A stretch of DNA of 59,057 nt, counting the filler, from Sphacelaria rigidula (Eukaryota), in the NCBI GenBank assembly GCA_964200075.2. It is 5 parts of 5 records of this genome, joined end to end, with 100 filler letters (N's around TTAATTAATTAA, not from the genome) between each part and the next. Parts side by side here need not be neighbours in the genome. Positions count along the whole stretch, not along the records: positions 23,667 to 35,397 come from CAXNAA020004577.1; positions 35,498 to 47,227 come from CAXNAA020004578.1; 3 more parts are not named here. The stretch is one strand, 5' to 3'. Positions 25,244-36,707 of this stretch are shown one piece after another. The notes beneath the pieces were generated by a model. It was given only the letters and a program-made list of their open reading frames with translations, did not search any database and was not told where the DNA came from. The translations under genes were made by a program, and so were the position numbers. Numbering within the stretch: position 1 is the first letter of the stretch; every line of letters starts with the position of its first letter.

Positions 25244-26114
25244 CTCGTCGAGCTTGGACAAATCGCCGTCGAATGCCTTGAGCTTGGGTAATTCCTCAGT
25301 GGTAGGGGCGATGCCACGTAGGGCGATCAGTTTCTCCGTGTCAAATTTGCCAAGCTCCATCGCAACAATCGAGTCTCGCAGATCCTCCACCTTGGTTCTG
25401 TTGTATAAATATATATATATTTATGTATACAGGTGTTGGGGGAGAACACAAGAGTCTCAGAATGCCCTTCGTTCAAAGTGAAAGCGCAGACACGAGTTTG
25501 ACCCAATTTTTCAAGACAAGATGCTATCCCTCTGTGATTCCTCGTGGATAGCCATGAACTACACTAAAATAGGCGCCGAAAACGAGTAGAGGAAATCGGG
25601 TAGAACACGATCGGTGCAAAGGGAAAAAAATTAAAAAATGAAGGACAACTACGAAAAAATAAAAATAAATAAAAGATAAGGGTCCACACACACTGAAAGA
25701 CTCGTGAATCTGCATGCGACGTCGGAAAACACAAGAAGAAAAAAGGCTACACAGAACAATAAATACCTGAATCGTTTCAACACGATGCCGTTATTCTGGA
25801 GCACCTTGGCATCTAGTAGTGACACCCGCTGCACGGCCGGTTTCTGGGCGGCGGGTTTCTTGTCCTTGCTTTCTGTTTTCTTCTCCTTAGGCTTCTCCGC
25901 GAAAGAATCCATGAGCAGGTCCAACGGCAATTCCTGCGCGCCACATATTCCAATGTAACATTTCGCAAACCATAACGATGGTTCAGCGAGGGGAGGACGG
26001 AAGTCGGAGGGGCGAAACCTAGCGTCCCTTGAAAAAAATACAGTCCTACAATGACAACGTTCGTCTGCGACAAATACGGAGCACGCCTAAACTAGAGGGT
26101 ATGATACTCGGCTC

Positions 26115-26149
<35 letters not shown>

Positions 26150-29100
26150 ACCCCCCCCCCCCCCCCTCACCAGCACCCAGACAACATCACCGTTGACAAT
26201 AAAATCCACAAGGCATCGCAGACCAAACAAGGGCACCGGAAAACGCACACAGCACACACACTCACCACGGAGCTGGGATTGATCTCACTGAACACTGTGC
26301 TCTCCAGTCCCCTGTCGGGGATCTTGTCCCAGTGCACCGGCCTCCTCTTGGGTCCGGTAGGCTTCGGCTTCGGCGCCACCAACGGTCTCGGCATTACCAA
26401 CCCCCGGGGGGGCATAAGCGGCGCCCTCGGCCCGGCCATCCCAGGCAATGGCGGCGGCATAGGCGGCCCACCCATCCCTGGCAGCGGCGGAGGCCTTGGA
26501 AGCCCGCTCATTCCAGGCAACGGCGGAGGCGATGGCACACCCCCTGCGCCTGACATACCAGGCAGTCTGGGCGCCGCGGGGATAGCTCGCGCCGCAGGCA
26601 TACCGGGCAAAGCGGGCGGTGTAGGGATTGCTCCAGCGGCAGGCATGCCCGGCAGAGGTGGTGCGGACGGGATGCTGCTACCACCGCTGGTTGCTGGCAT
26701 GCCCGGTAAGGCCGGTGGTGTAGGAATCGAGCGGGCGGCAGGCATCCCGGGCAAAGCGGGTGGGCTTGGGATGGCTCCAGCGGCAGGCATACCTGGCAGC
26801 GCCGGAGGCGCGGGAATCGGCCCGGCAGCAGGCATCCCGGGTAGGGCCGGCGCATCAGGGATTGCTCCAGTGGTAGGCAAACCGGGCAGCGCCGGAGGCG
26901 CGGGAATGGATCCGGCAGCAGGCATCCCGGGTAGGGCCGGCGCATCAGGGATTGCTCCAGTGGTAGGCAAACCGGGCAGCGCCGGAGGCGCGGGAATGGA
27001 TCTGGCAGCAGGCATTCCCGGAAGGGCAGGCGCATCAGGGATGGCTCTAGCGGCAGGCGCACCTGGCAAAGCGGAGGGTGCGGGAATGGGCCCGGCAGCA
27101 GGCATTCCAAGCGAGACGGGTGGCGTTGGGACAGCTAACGGAGGAGGGATGCTCGCCGCGGACGTCGGAGCGGTGGTCGGACGCGGGGGAAGGGCCGGAG
27201 GGGAGTCTTTCGACACTTTTTCCGACGAATCGGAGGGTGGTGGGATACGTGAAGCCGGCGCGGGAAGGGGTGCAGCTGTTGTCGACCCCGGGGAAGGCAG
27301 ATTCGATGCCTCTCCGTCGCTGTCGTCGCTGTCGTCACTGTCGTCGTCGCTATCCATCAAGGTTGACTCCAGGGCGGAGCTAACAGCGTTCCTGTATGTG
27401 GTTTGCAAGTACGGCAGAGACATGTGGGCACGATCGGCAGAGCATCGGGGGAAGGGCAGGTGGTTGGCGATGGAGCGCGGTATGACATGGGCTGACAACA
27501 AGCGACGGCCTGTATGCGACCGCACTCTGTAGTAGAAATAGATTCAATTGGGTACAAACAATATGGGCACGGCAAACACGAGTCAGACAAAAATGTATCA
27601 ACAGCATGCTATCCAAAAACACCACATGTGCTCAATGACATGAGACAGCACAGACCGAGGCCGTCACCGTGAACCGTTGACCAAACGCCATCTACAGAAG
27701 ACCGACGGCCAAATATCCCCGCCTACCCCGTCGACCAAACGAAATTGTCTGCTCCGCCATTGTACTGGGAAGCGCGTGCTCACGAAGACGCGAAACACTG
27801 CCTCCAACAGCCGGGATCACCTGAAGCGCTACGAGGCGACGTGAACGGCTGATGCGACAAACACGATTCAGTAGCCGGGGCAAAGCGTGTTTCAACTGGA
27901 AACCCCGGCAGCGTACTCGTCCCGCGTCTGAAAGAAATCCAAACTCGTGCAGATCACACCGACACCGACACCGACGAGACACGACACGGCAACGTATATG
28001 CCCACACAGGGATTGAAACTATCTACACGCCCCCTTCTCGGCGGCAACTCCCCCTCGACTCCGCACAAACTTTCACAGTTGTACATGATATCCCCGCGTG
28101 TCTGTACAGTAACAAATTTACCGTCGAAAATTTCATCAGTGAAATCCCCCCTCGCCCCTCCCCTTCCCAACTATCATGAGTAGGAACGGTGCTCCGTCTC
28201 GAAAGGGATGTGTGGTCAATGGTCAAACGACTAAGGCAAGCAATAAATGAGTACGCCCCCCCTCCCCCGCGCCCTCGGGGAAAGATGCGGTATCGGGATT
28301 GATGTTCGCCGATGATTTCGTGAGGATATAAGAGAATACCAGAAGGATTGTAGAAGCGAATAGAGAAGGCGCTGGAATACTCTAGGAAATGGAGAGTGAC
28401 AGCGAATGTAAACAAATGCGCGGTGCTTGTATGTAACGTAGACCAGTATACATACCTTGCAAGAAGATATTGAAAAACTGTCCTTGGGATGCAAACATAT
28501 ATGAAGTAATGGAAAAGGGTAAGGCACAAATAGGTATGATGGACGTGACTTTACGAGATTCGCATCTAGACACCAGGATCAAGATATGTATCTTGATGAA
28601 TGTGATTATAACGAAGCTGGAATATACAGGAGAAGTATAGGAGAGGAACGCGAAGTTGGTGAAGAAGCTGGAAACAGTACAGCTGACAGTAGCTGAGAAA
28701 ATACTTGGATGTTAAAAAATAACGAGTAATACAGCATTGAGAGGAAAGTTGGGATTGTACCTACTTGAAACAAATAGCGACACGAGAAAACCGGAATGGC
28801 AATGTAGCGTAAGGAGCATGCCAAGAGGGGTTGCCAACAACAATTGACATGGCCATATAAAAGAAAATGACGAAAGGGCTAGGCTGGAATAAGGCGGGAT
28901 GGTGTAGTCGATAAAGTATGGAAGGGCCCAGGAGGAAACATAGGCGATATGATGTTCATAGGTGAACACTAAGATGAAAAGTAGACGAGGAAGAATACCT
29001 GCCAAAATACGGGGGGTTGAGAGAGGGGATGGGGATGAAATCATATTTGCATGGCCCAATGGACGCCGCGAAAAAGTTGAAAGTGCGATTTCGGGTGGGA

Positions 29101-32100
29101 GACCTGGACCTGCCAGAAAGAAAAGGTAAACCAGTAGTAGAGAGGACGTAAATGCACAGAATTGCCCCTGTGGCAAAGCAAGAGGGAGTAGAACTCATTT
29201 TGTGACAGAATTTTGACTACACAAGGAGGAACGGGGCGTGTTGGAGAGGGAACTGCGGAAAGTACACGGAGGTGGCAGGAAATCGTTTGATACATTAGAC
29301 AGTAGCGAGAAAACGATTGCTATACTACGAGATGAATGATGGCCACAGAGGGCGAATCAGGAAGGGGGTAAGATATGTACAAGGTTTCCGCGTCATGTAT
29401 GGAAGGAACGTAATGAGCGCCCAAATGTTGGAGGTATCTCTGTTAGGAGTAGGAACGGTGCTCCGTCTCGCAAGGGATGCGTGGTCAATGGTCAAACGAC
29501 TAAGGCAAGCAACAAAAGAGTACGCCTCCGTGAACGAAGGTGGCATGAAATCGTTTGATGCATTAGACAGTAGGGAGAAAACGATCGTTATACTAGGAGA
29601 TAGATGGTGGCCAGAGACGGCGGGACAGGACGGGGATAAGATATGTGAAGGTTTTTGTGTAATATATGGAAAAAACGCGATGAGCGCCGGAATGTTGGAT
29701 ATGTCTCTATTAGGAGCAGCAACGGTGCTCCGTCTCACAAGGGATGCGTGGTCAACGGTCAAACGACTAAGGCAAGCAACGAATGAGTACGTTCCCCTCC
29801 TCCCCCGACGATCTCCACGAAATCACATAAAACCCTTCAAAGTAAACCCTCACACACTACCTCAAGTCACCCCTCTCCTCGACACACCCGTCCACGCACA
29901 CACCTAATCTTCTTCCACTGATTGGGGCCGCACTGCGCGTCCACCATGTTTTCCATTTTCTCCGCGATAATCTCCACCATCAAGCGCGTCTCCTCTTTAT
30001 CTCCGAGCTTGTCCAACAGCGATCGCATCGAGGCTACCGCTGGGGGATCCGGGGGACGCTGAACCACCACACCCTCCCCAATCTCCTGACTCGGTTCGCG
30101 CGTGCTGCTGCCACCACCAATGTCGGACACTTCGCTCTCCGTGTCGCTGTGCTCGCTTGCTTCAAGCATGTCCTTGGCGCGGGACAAGTCGACCATCAGC
30201 TTGGCCATCGTGGCCATCTGGGGCTGCTCAACTTGGTCCTCTGCGTCTGAGTATTCGTTAATGTCGTGCTCGTCTATGCCGTGCTCGTCTATGTCGTGCT
30301 CGTCTTCGTCATCCTCCATGATCATCCCTGTGGCGATCGCATCCTTGCGGTCTTCGTTCATCACCGCGTCGAACAAGTCCAGCTGTGGCGAAGCGACGGA
30401 CATCGGGTGGCGATGTGTACGGGTACCGACGACGAGCAACACATGAGCCACCGAATAAATGCAATTTTTTGGTTTGGCACTGACAGTCACTGCACTTCTT
30501 TTGCACCGCCATCCAAACTTTGAACCATCTCGACACCACCTTCTTCTTTCCTGTTCCATTTCTGTTTCTTATGGTGGTTATTCTTGCCCGTTGGCCCTTC
30601 TTGTGTGCGTGCGTGCACGCATTCGTAGGTCTCTGTGTGAGATACTATATGACCTTGGATACATGATGGCTTCCAAGATCACCGACCCGGCCCCTCAAGA
30701 GGTCGTTGATGGAGAGCGGAGAAAGTGCGGGTTGACGAGTACAGCTAACTCTTTTGGCTGTGTAGACGCCCCTCTCAAGTACAGTAACCCAGCTGAAAAA
30801 GCAACCCAACAAAAAACAAAAAATATCGCATGCTGTAAAACTGGGAACGCACACACACAAACACACACACAAGCGAAAATGTCTCCCTCGTGATTGTTAC
30901 TCCATGTACCGTTTCATTTGCCATCCCAGATGGGACACGGAAACAGCAACTGCAGTGTCAGCTCACCTGTGCCGAGAGGTCGTTGGTCTCCGCATCCGAG
31001 CCCGCTTCCGTCGAGACAGTGGACAAGCTGCCGCTGCTGTTCACGCTCCCCCTTCGGTTGAACACACCAACATCGTCCTCATCTCCCTTCGCCGGATCCA
31101 ATCGACCCCCGCCCCCCGCCCACGCGCACCGGAAATGAAAGGAGACAAACCCCGATACCAACAACGAGCAAAACATTAATTACGTGAGCATTAACCAGCA
31201 ACACGACGAAACAATAACCGCATGTGGATGTACTGAGGAGATGTAGCGATCGCGGGTCGGGGTGACAACGGGACGCGACTGATTCATACATGAGACCAGG
31301 TCTTACCGATACAGAAAAAATCAGTTTTCCAAACAAATGTTGTGCCCACAACGACCACTTTCATTCTTACCGAAAACACAGCTTCCATCCACATGCAAGC
31401 CCGATCTGCGCACAGGTCTATGAAATGCGGCGGTTCTTGCAGTGGTTATTGTTCCAACATCTCTACAATTGTATCGGAAAAGACGACGAAAGAAGGAAAA
31501 ACACCTGCACAGCGAGCCCCGAACAAACACGTACATACACCCACCGCTCACCCGCACTAAAGCAGTTTTCATCAGAAACACGAACAAGAAATTTTTGTAA
31601 ATTTTCGTAGTCGGCGATTTACAACGTTTTCCCGCGAGCTACCACTCATCCCAGCGAGCGGTTCATCCCAACGTTCGAGAGTCGGGAGATACTGGGCATC
31701 CGCTCCACATGCCAAAATAGAAATCATCTCTGCGCTCAATATTGAACGACTTGCAAGTTGACTAGACAGGGGCGTTATTGGCTGTTTTTGGTCCAAAACA
31801 GATATCTTTTCAGCTCTAGCGCAGTTAAGAGGTAGAAATAAAGAAAAAGGGTCACTGCTCTCGCAATACCGACTGTGCCATCATGTATCACCACACGGCA
31901 TTATCATGTACTGTAATGATGGGGGTGTCCTGCACTGCATTACCCCAAGGTACCACGGTACGACCAATTTCAGGGGGATTAATAGCACAAATATTTTGAG
32001 CAAACAATATTTTCTTCTGTCCCAACATGACAGGCCTGAACCCGTCCGTGCTTGGCGTGAACAACCATTTCGTTTATCCCAGATAAAGAATCAACTCCAC

Positions 32101-33151
32101 TGCTGTACCAGAACTACGGCAACGGCCGCATGTTACGCTTCGGAAAGCACCCAGGCGCACACATCAACAGAAAAAAAAATGACACGGAGGGAAAAAAAAA
32201 GAAGAGCACACACGTCAACGAGAACAAAGCAACAGATGCAACACAAACCAGGCTGCTTTCCCTTAAACGTTAACCCACCTTGGACAGTCCGTAGTAGTCA
32301 CGAATGCGTTCGATGGCTTCGAGAACGCCCGCCGCGATCATTTCCGACCGCAGCAGGACACGCTCCTCGAACTCGAAGGCTCCAGACAAAACCGTGTTGA
32401 AGAAGACGATGAGGTCCGTAACCAGCCCCACCCCCGAGCTGTCAGCGTCGCCGAATGCCTCTATTAGCAGCGCAAAGCGAAGCTGCTCATCTTTCTCCAC
32501 CTGCGAAGGTGTGTGTGTGTGTGTGTGTGTGTGTGTTCCATCCATACGTCAACATAACAATGTCAAAACCATGAAAGGGACTGCGCATGTTTCCTCTATA
32601 AAAGCACAAACGGAGGATACGAGTTCGTGTTCTCAAACCCAATACACGGAGTCAAGCTGATGTTCAAAAACGAGAAAAAAAGAAGAGTACAGTATGGGGT
32701 GCCAAATCGGCGAACCGTGTGCGCCTACATTATGTAACTATCCACGATGCGCCTGTGTCTGTACGTGTCGCGCCTGTTTAACAGCACCACAGAAAGGCAG
32801 GTAATACATATGCATACACATTTGGTGAACACATGCCCGTGCTTCTACTCCCTTGGTACCGATACACTCATTCTTAAGTTACTCATTGACAAGGTTTAAC
32901 CTACTGTTGCGCCGCAGTGACCACGCGCAGCTATGGGATAACCCCGGCCGACCTGTCAGGTACTTGTTGTAAGAGCCGTCCTCGATAGCCACGGTCAGCA
33001 CTACTAGCACGCCTCCTACCATACCTACCTTTTGGTAATCGAGAGCGTTCATGACGCTCTCGAAGCCGCTGGATCCGCTCTCGGCCATGATGGTCAACAG
33101 CTTCAGCAAGTTGGATTTCACGTAGCTGCTGGAAGAGTCGATCGCGCTCCC
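25244..33151 (-). CDS. Formin (FH3-FH1-FH2), seven internal exons (partial gene)
   Basis: Phase-compatible GT-AG exons 33151-33029, 32500-32279, 31086-30967, 30382-29904, 27391-26266, 25933-25767 and 25397-25244. FH3-like [14 protein letters not shown] and AQ|LDLFD; Pro-rich FH1; FH2 start RRPVHWDKI...[22 protein letters not shown] and APTTEE. Confidence 0.9.
26430..27110 (-). repeat. Coding tandem repeat in FH1, 45-bp/15-aa unit ([15 protein letters not shown])
   Basis: About 15 LPG-containing units, including a near-perfect 90-bp higher-order duplication at ~26822-27000. Confidence 0.9.
28178..29790 (+). mobile_element. Cluster of three head-to-tail LINE family A fragments in a formin intron
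   Basis: Tail 28178-28254; decayed RT-to-3' copy ~28277-29523 (atgttcgccgatgat = MFADD); further 3' fragment 29529-29790. Each ends GAGTAC. Confidence 0.85.
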
Positions 33152-33211
33152 CTGTTTTGAGCGAGGGATGACGTATGTATACACGAAACATGGGGAGGGG
33201 AGGGGAGGGGA

Positions 33212-33524
33212 TACTCATGAGCTTGCATGCCTATCAATAGTTATATATATATGACCAGTGACCTCGTATCCCTACAAAGCCGGGACGGAGAGCGCCGGGT
33301 TTTCGCCGGACCAGGCTCGCAATCAAGGACCAAGCACGAAGCGCCTTGGTGTGTTCAGCAAGTCGCATGAAGGGTCAGCTGCATCGTGCTAAGATTGTTC
33401 GGCCAAAAGCGTGTTCATTATATTGCATATTGATCCCAGCCTCCAACGATTTGCTTCATTTTCTGGTATCACCACTTCCAGAGACAGCCATGGCCTTATA
33501 CAGTGCCTCATGGGTGTCTCACCA
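33212..33524 (-). mobile_element. SINE-like family B copy
   Basis: Same 5' end (TGGTGAGACACCCA) and body as 4645-4947; the 3' end abuts (GGGGA)n. Confidence 0.8.
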
Positions 33525-34090
33525 TTCAAACACTACATAGCATTTCATGCCGTTTGCGCGGAATCGAGATTTTTCCATCTCGCACAACAGTATCTAGCTC
33601 GACTACGATCTTAGTTACAGCATAAACCCCTGGTAACCTGTTTGCCTATATCACGTTGTGTATGGGTGGCGCGTTCCACAGCGTCATTGCCAACCGATGC
33701 CAACCTCATGGGGGGTTCGCCTCTACAAAGCCGGGGCAAAGCACGACAGATTTTCGCCGACCCAGGCGGGAGGGGGGGCATATATGTGTCAAAAAATAAG
33801 AACAAAAAGAAGAAAAAAAAACATGGTTCGTATGGAAATGAACATAATGAGACATGAATATTAGACATTCGAGTGACAGGCTACATAGAGTGAAGAGTAA
33901 GACATGAACGCATGCGCCAAAAATACTGCAGCGAGGCGAGGATACTGGACGTCGAAAACGGCCAAGATTTCTCCGCGTTTCAACAGGAAGTCTTGTACTG
34001 CAGCTAGCGCTTTGTTGGTGACAGGCTGTAGACACTTGCATATTCTCCGTCTCTTCATTTTTCTTCATTTTCTACTTCTCTCCCCCTCTC

Positions 34091-34160
34091 GGAGTTGCTC
34101 CATCTCGAAAGGGATGCGTGGTCAATGGCCAAACGACTAAGGCAAGCAACAAATGAGTAC
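34091..34160 (+). mobile_element. LINE family A 3' tail
   Basis: gctccatctcgaaagggatgcg..gagtac followed by C tracts. Confidence 0.8.
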
Positions 34161-35397
34161 GACCCCGCAACCCCCCCCCCCCCCAACCCCCCACCACCCA
34201 CTCCACACNNNNNNNNNNCCCCCCCCCCGTGGTGCGCCCTCCCCAAAGGGGGGTGTGGGGAAAGGCCCAAACACACACAAACAAAAAACAAAAAGCCGCC
34301 CCCCCCCCCCCCCCCCCCTTGGAGTTATCTCAATGTTACATCGTGGCAGTGCTTGGCTCGTGGGTAAGTGCTCATGCCCGAATAGTACGGTCCCAAATAG
34401 CTGAGCCGCAATCTACGCCCACGTCCCTCATGACTTGCTTTGAGCATTGGCACATGTGCTTTTTGCGCATGGTCCTATTCACGTCAAGCCACACTGCAGA
34501 GGCCGGCACATTCTACTGCTGACTGACTGACTGATTGATGATTCATTGATTGTCGAACTTTAACTAGCCCCCCAGGGGTCCACTGTTATTTCGTCCATGT
34601 TTTCCTTCTCTGTGTTTCAACCGAACCGTTTTTTCTTCCTCGTTCTTCCCCGTTTCACTGTTTCCAATATTTTTTTCCTTAGCGAGCATGTCGTTTTGTT
34701 CACCTTGGGTACGTTTATACTGTGGATTATGAACAAGGCTTGGTCCCTCAGGGATCACTCAGTTTGCGACAATCAATTGAATCTACGGAGACATGAAGAC
34801 TAGTACAGTAAGCACACACTCACAGCGAGCAAGGGGAGCAGCTCCGAGCTAGCCTCCAAAGTGAAAAGCCCCTCCGGCTTGTTCAGCAACACCATGACAC
34901 AATGAACTAGCTCCTCCTCTAGTTCCACCTCTTCCTCCGGCACCTGACATCACGTGTTCGCCCCGCCGCCCCCGGGCGCGTAAAAGCCGAACAGCACATC
35001 GCCGGTCGTGTCCCGAGCAACATCGATCCACCCACCACAGTCTTAGCGTGAAAGATATATTGCGAGGTAATTAAATTTAATGACAGGAAGGGTTCTTCAC
35101 CATCTCGGGCGTGAATGGACAAATCTGGATTTCCACAAGGCTAACCCAGGAACACAAGATCGCTAAAACCCTAATCTTGACCCCCCCGAGAAGGCATACC
35201 GTGAAGCCTTGAGCAAAGAGAATGTGCCACCGTCCACTCGGCCAAGTACGATTTGAGGAAAATCGCACCGCGGCGCTCTTTGGCACAAAAATACCCCCCA
35301 GTCTTATGACTGTGGCATGCATGATCATGAGTACAAGAGGTGGAAATGCGGGACGTGAACAAAGGCGGTATGAAATCGTTTGATGCACTAGACAGTA

Positions 35398-35497
35398 NNN
35401 NNNNNNNNNNNNNNNNNNNNNNNNNNNNNNNNNNNNNNNNNTTAATTAATTAANNNNNNNNNNNNNNNNNNNNNNNNNNNNNNNNNNNNNNNNNNNN
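35398..35497. other. Artificial contig linker
   Basis: N44-TTAATTAATTAA-N44. Confidence 0.98.
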
Positions 35498-36707
35498 CCC
35501 CCCGCGACGCGGGGGCGCGGCCGGCCGGCGCTCCCGCCGGCGCGGCCTGCCGCGGGGGGGGGGGGGGGGGGGAATCGCGGCGACCACTCAATATTCCTTA
35601 TCTTCTCGCTTTTTTGTTGTTGTCTCGATAAGACAGGGCCTTTGTCTAGTCGCTGTTTGCCTAACGACATGAATTGGGAAATGCTGGGGCCTTTGCTGGG
35701 TCCGACAGAGGCGCATAACCGAAGACGACGGTGGAAAACACCCCCTGGACGATGAAGCGTTTCAAAATCAATTTTCTCATAAAGCAAAAGTCAGCACTCT
35801 CGAGATACCCTATTAACGCAGGATGCTAACGCGATCACTCTAACAGCATAATTGTCAGTGGTACGACTCCCGTACCCTCTGAGACAGCTGAGGTTGAATT
35901 TTCGACAGGCGGTGGTACTGTATTACAAATACTGTACTGTTGTATAGGAACAGGCGCCGTAAATCATATTGTAGTAGTATCAAGCCGGCAGAGCAGGATA
36001 TTTTGGTCGTTCATTACTGTTATCTGATGAGCGATTATAAACCAGTAGCATATGAGGTTGCGCTAGGCCCGCAGAGAAAAATACGTACGACACGCCATGG
36101 CACCCTGCCTGTAGGAACCTGGGACTGATCAAGCACATGCGATACTATTCCGAAATACAGCTGCGAAGGTATACACGGCTACCGTACCTCGACTTTGGGG
36201 AGTAGTCGCGCGAAGTCCAACGTAGAAGGCATCACGATGCCTTCAATACTTCCATCTGCGGCCATACCGTCGATCCTGTGATATCTTCTCGGCTGAGTCT
36301 TTCCGCGACCGGCGTATCCACACGGGCTTTGCTGCCTTTATTCGACGTTGGATAACACCCCTGGCTTGGAACTTATTCAACCTCACAATACTCGAATAAC
36401 GCGGTAGTTACAACGTTAGAAGCGAAGTTTTCCGAATGATGTCTCTGGTATTTTCATTTCTTATTCAAAAAATGTCTTACAGAGTAACAAAGGAGTGTGT
36501 CTTGAGGAAATGGGAGCTCGGAACATACCCCCCAGGGGGTGTTATATACGCAAGATAATAGCATTGTCATTATCCAGTTTACCGGAGGCGTTTTCAGGAG
36601 CTGTGTGGGTGTGATCGAGGGCTACGTCTTGTCCGCCCGTTAATCCCTCAGCTTCCCAGCACCCCGTCAGACGTTCCCTGCGTGTGAGCTCCACAGGTCC
36701 TGCGACC

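Noticed and set aside
26279-27532. 417-aa Gly/Ala-rich plus-strand ORF
   Set aside because: Antisense shadow of the Pro-rich formin FH1 exon.
27820-27927. Possible extra formin exon
   Set aside because: Its donor phase is incompatible with the FH1 exon, whereas 29904 splices directly to 27391 in frame.
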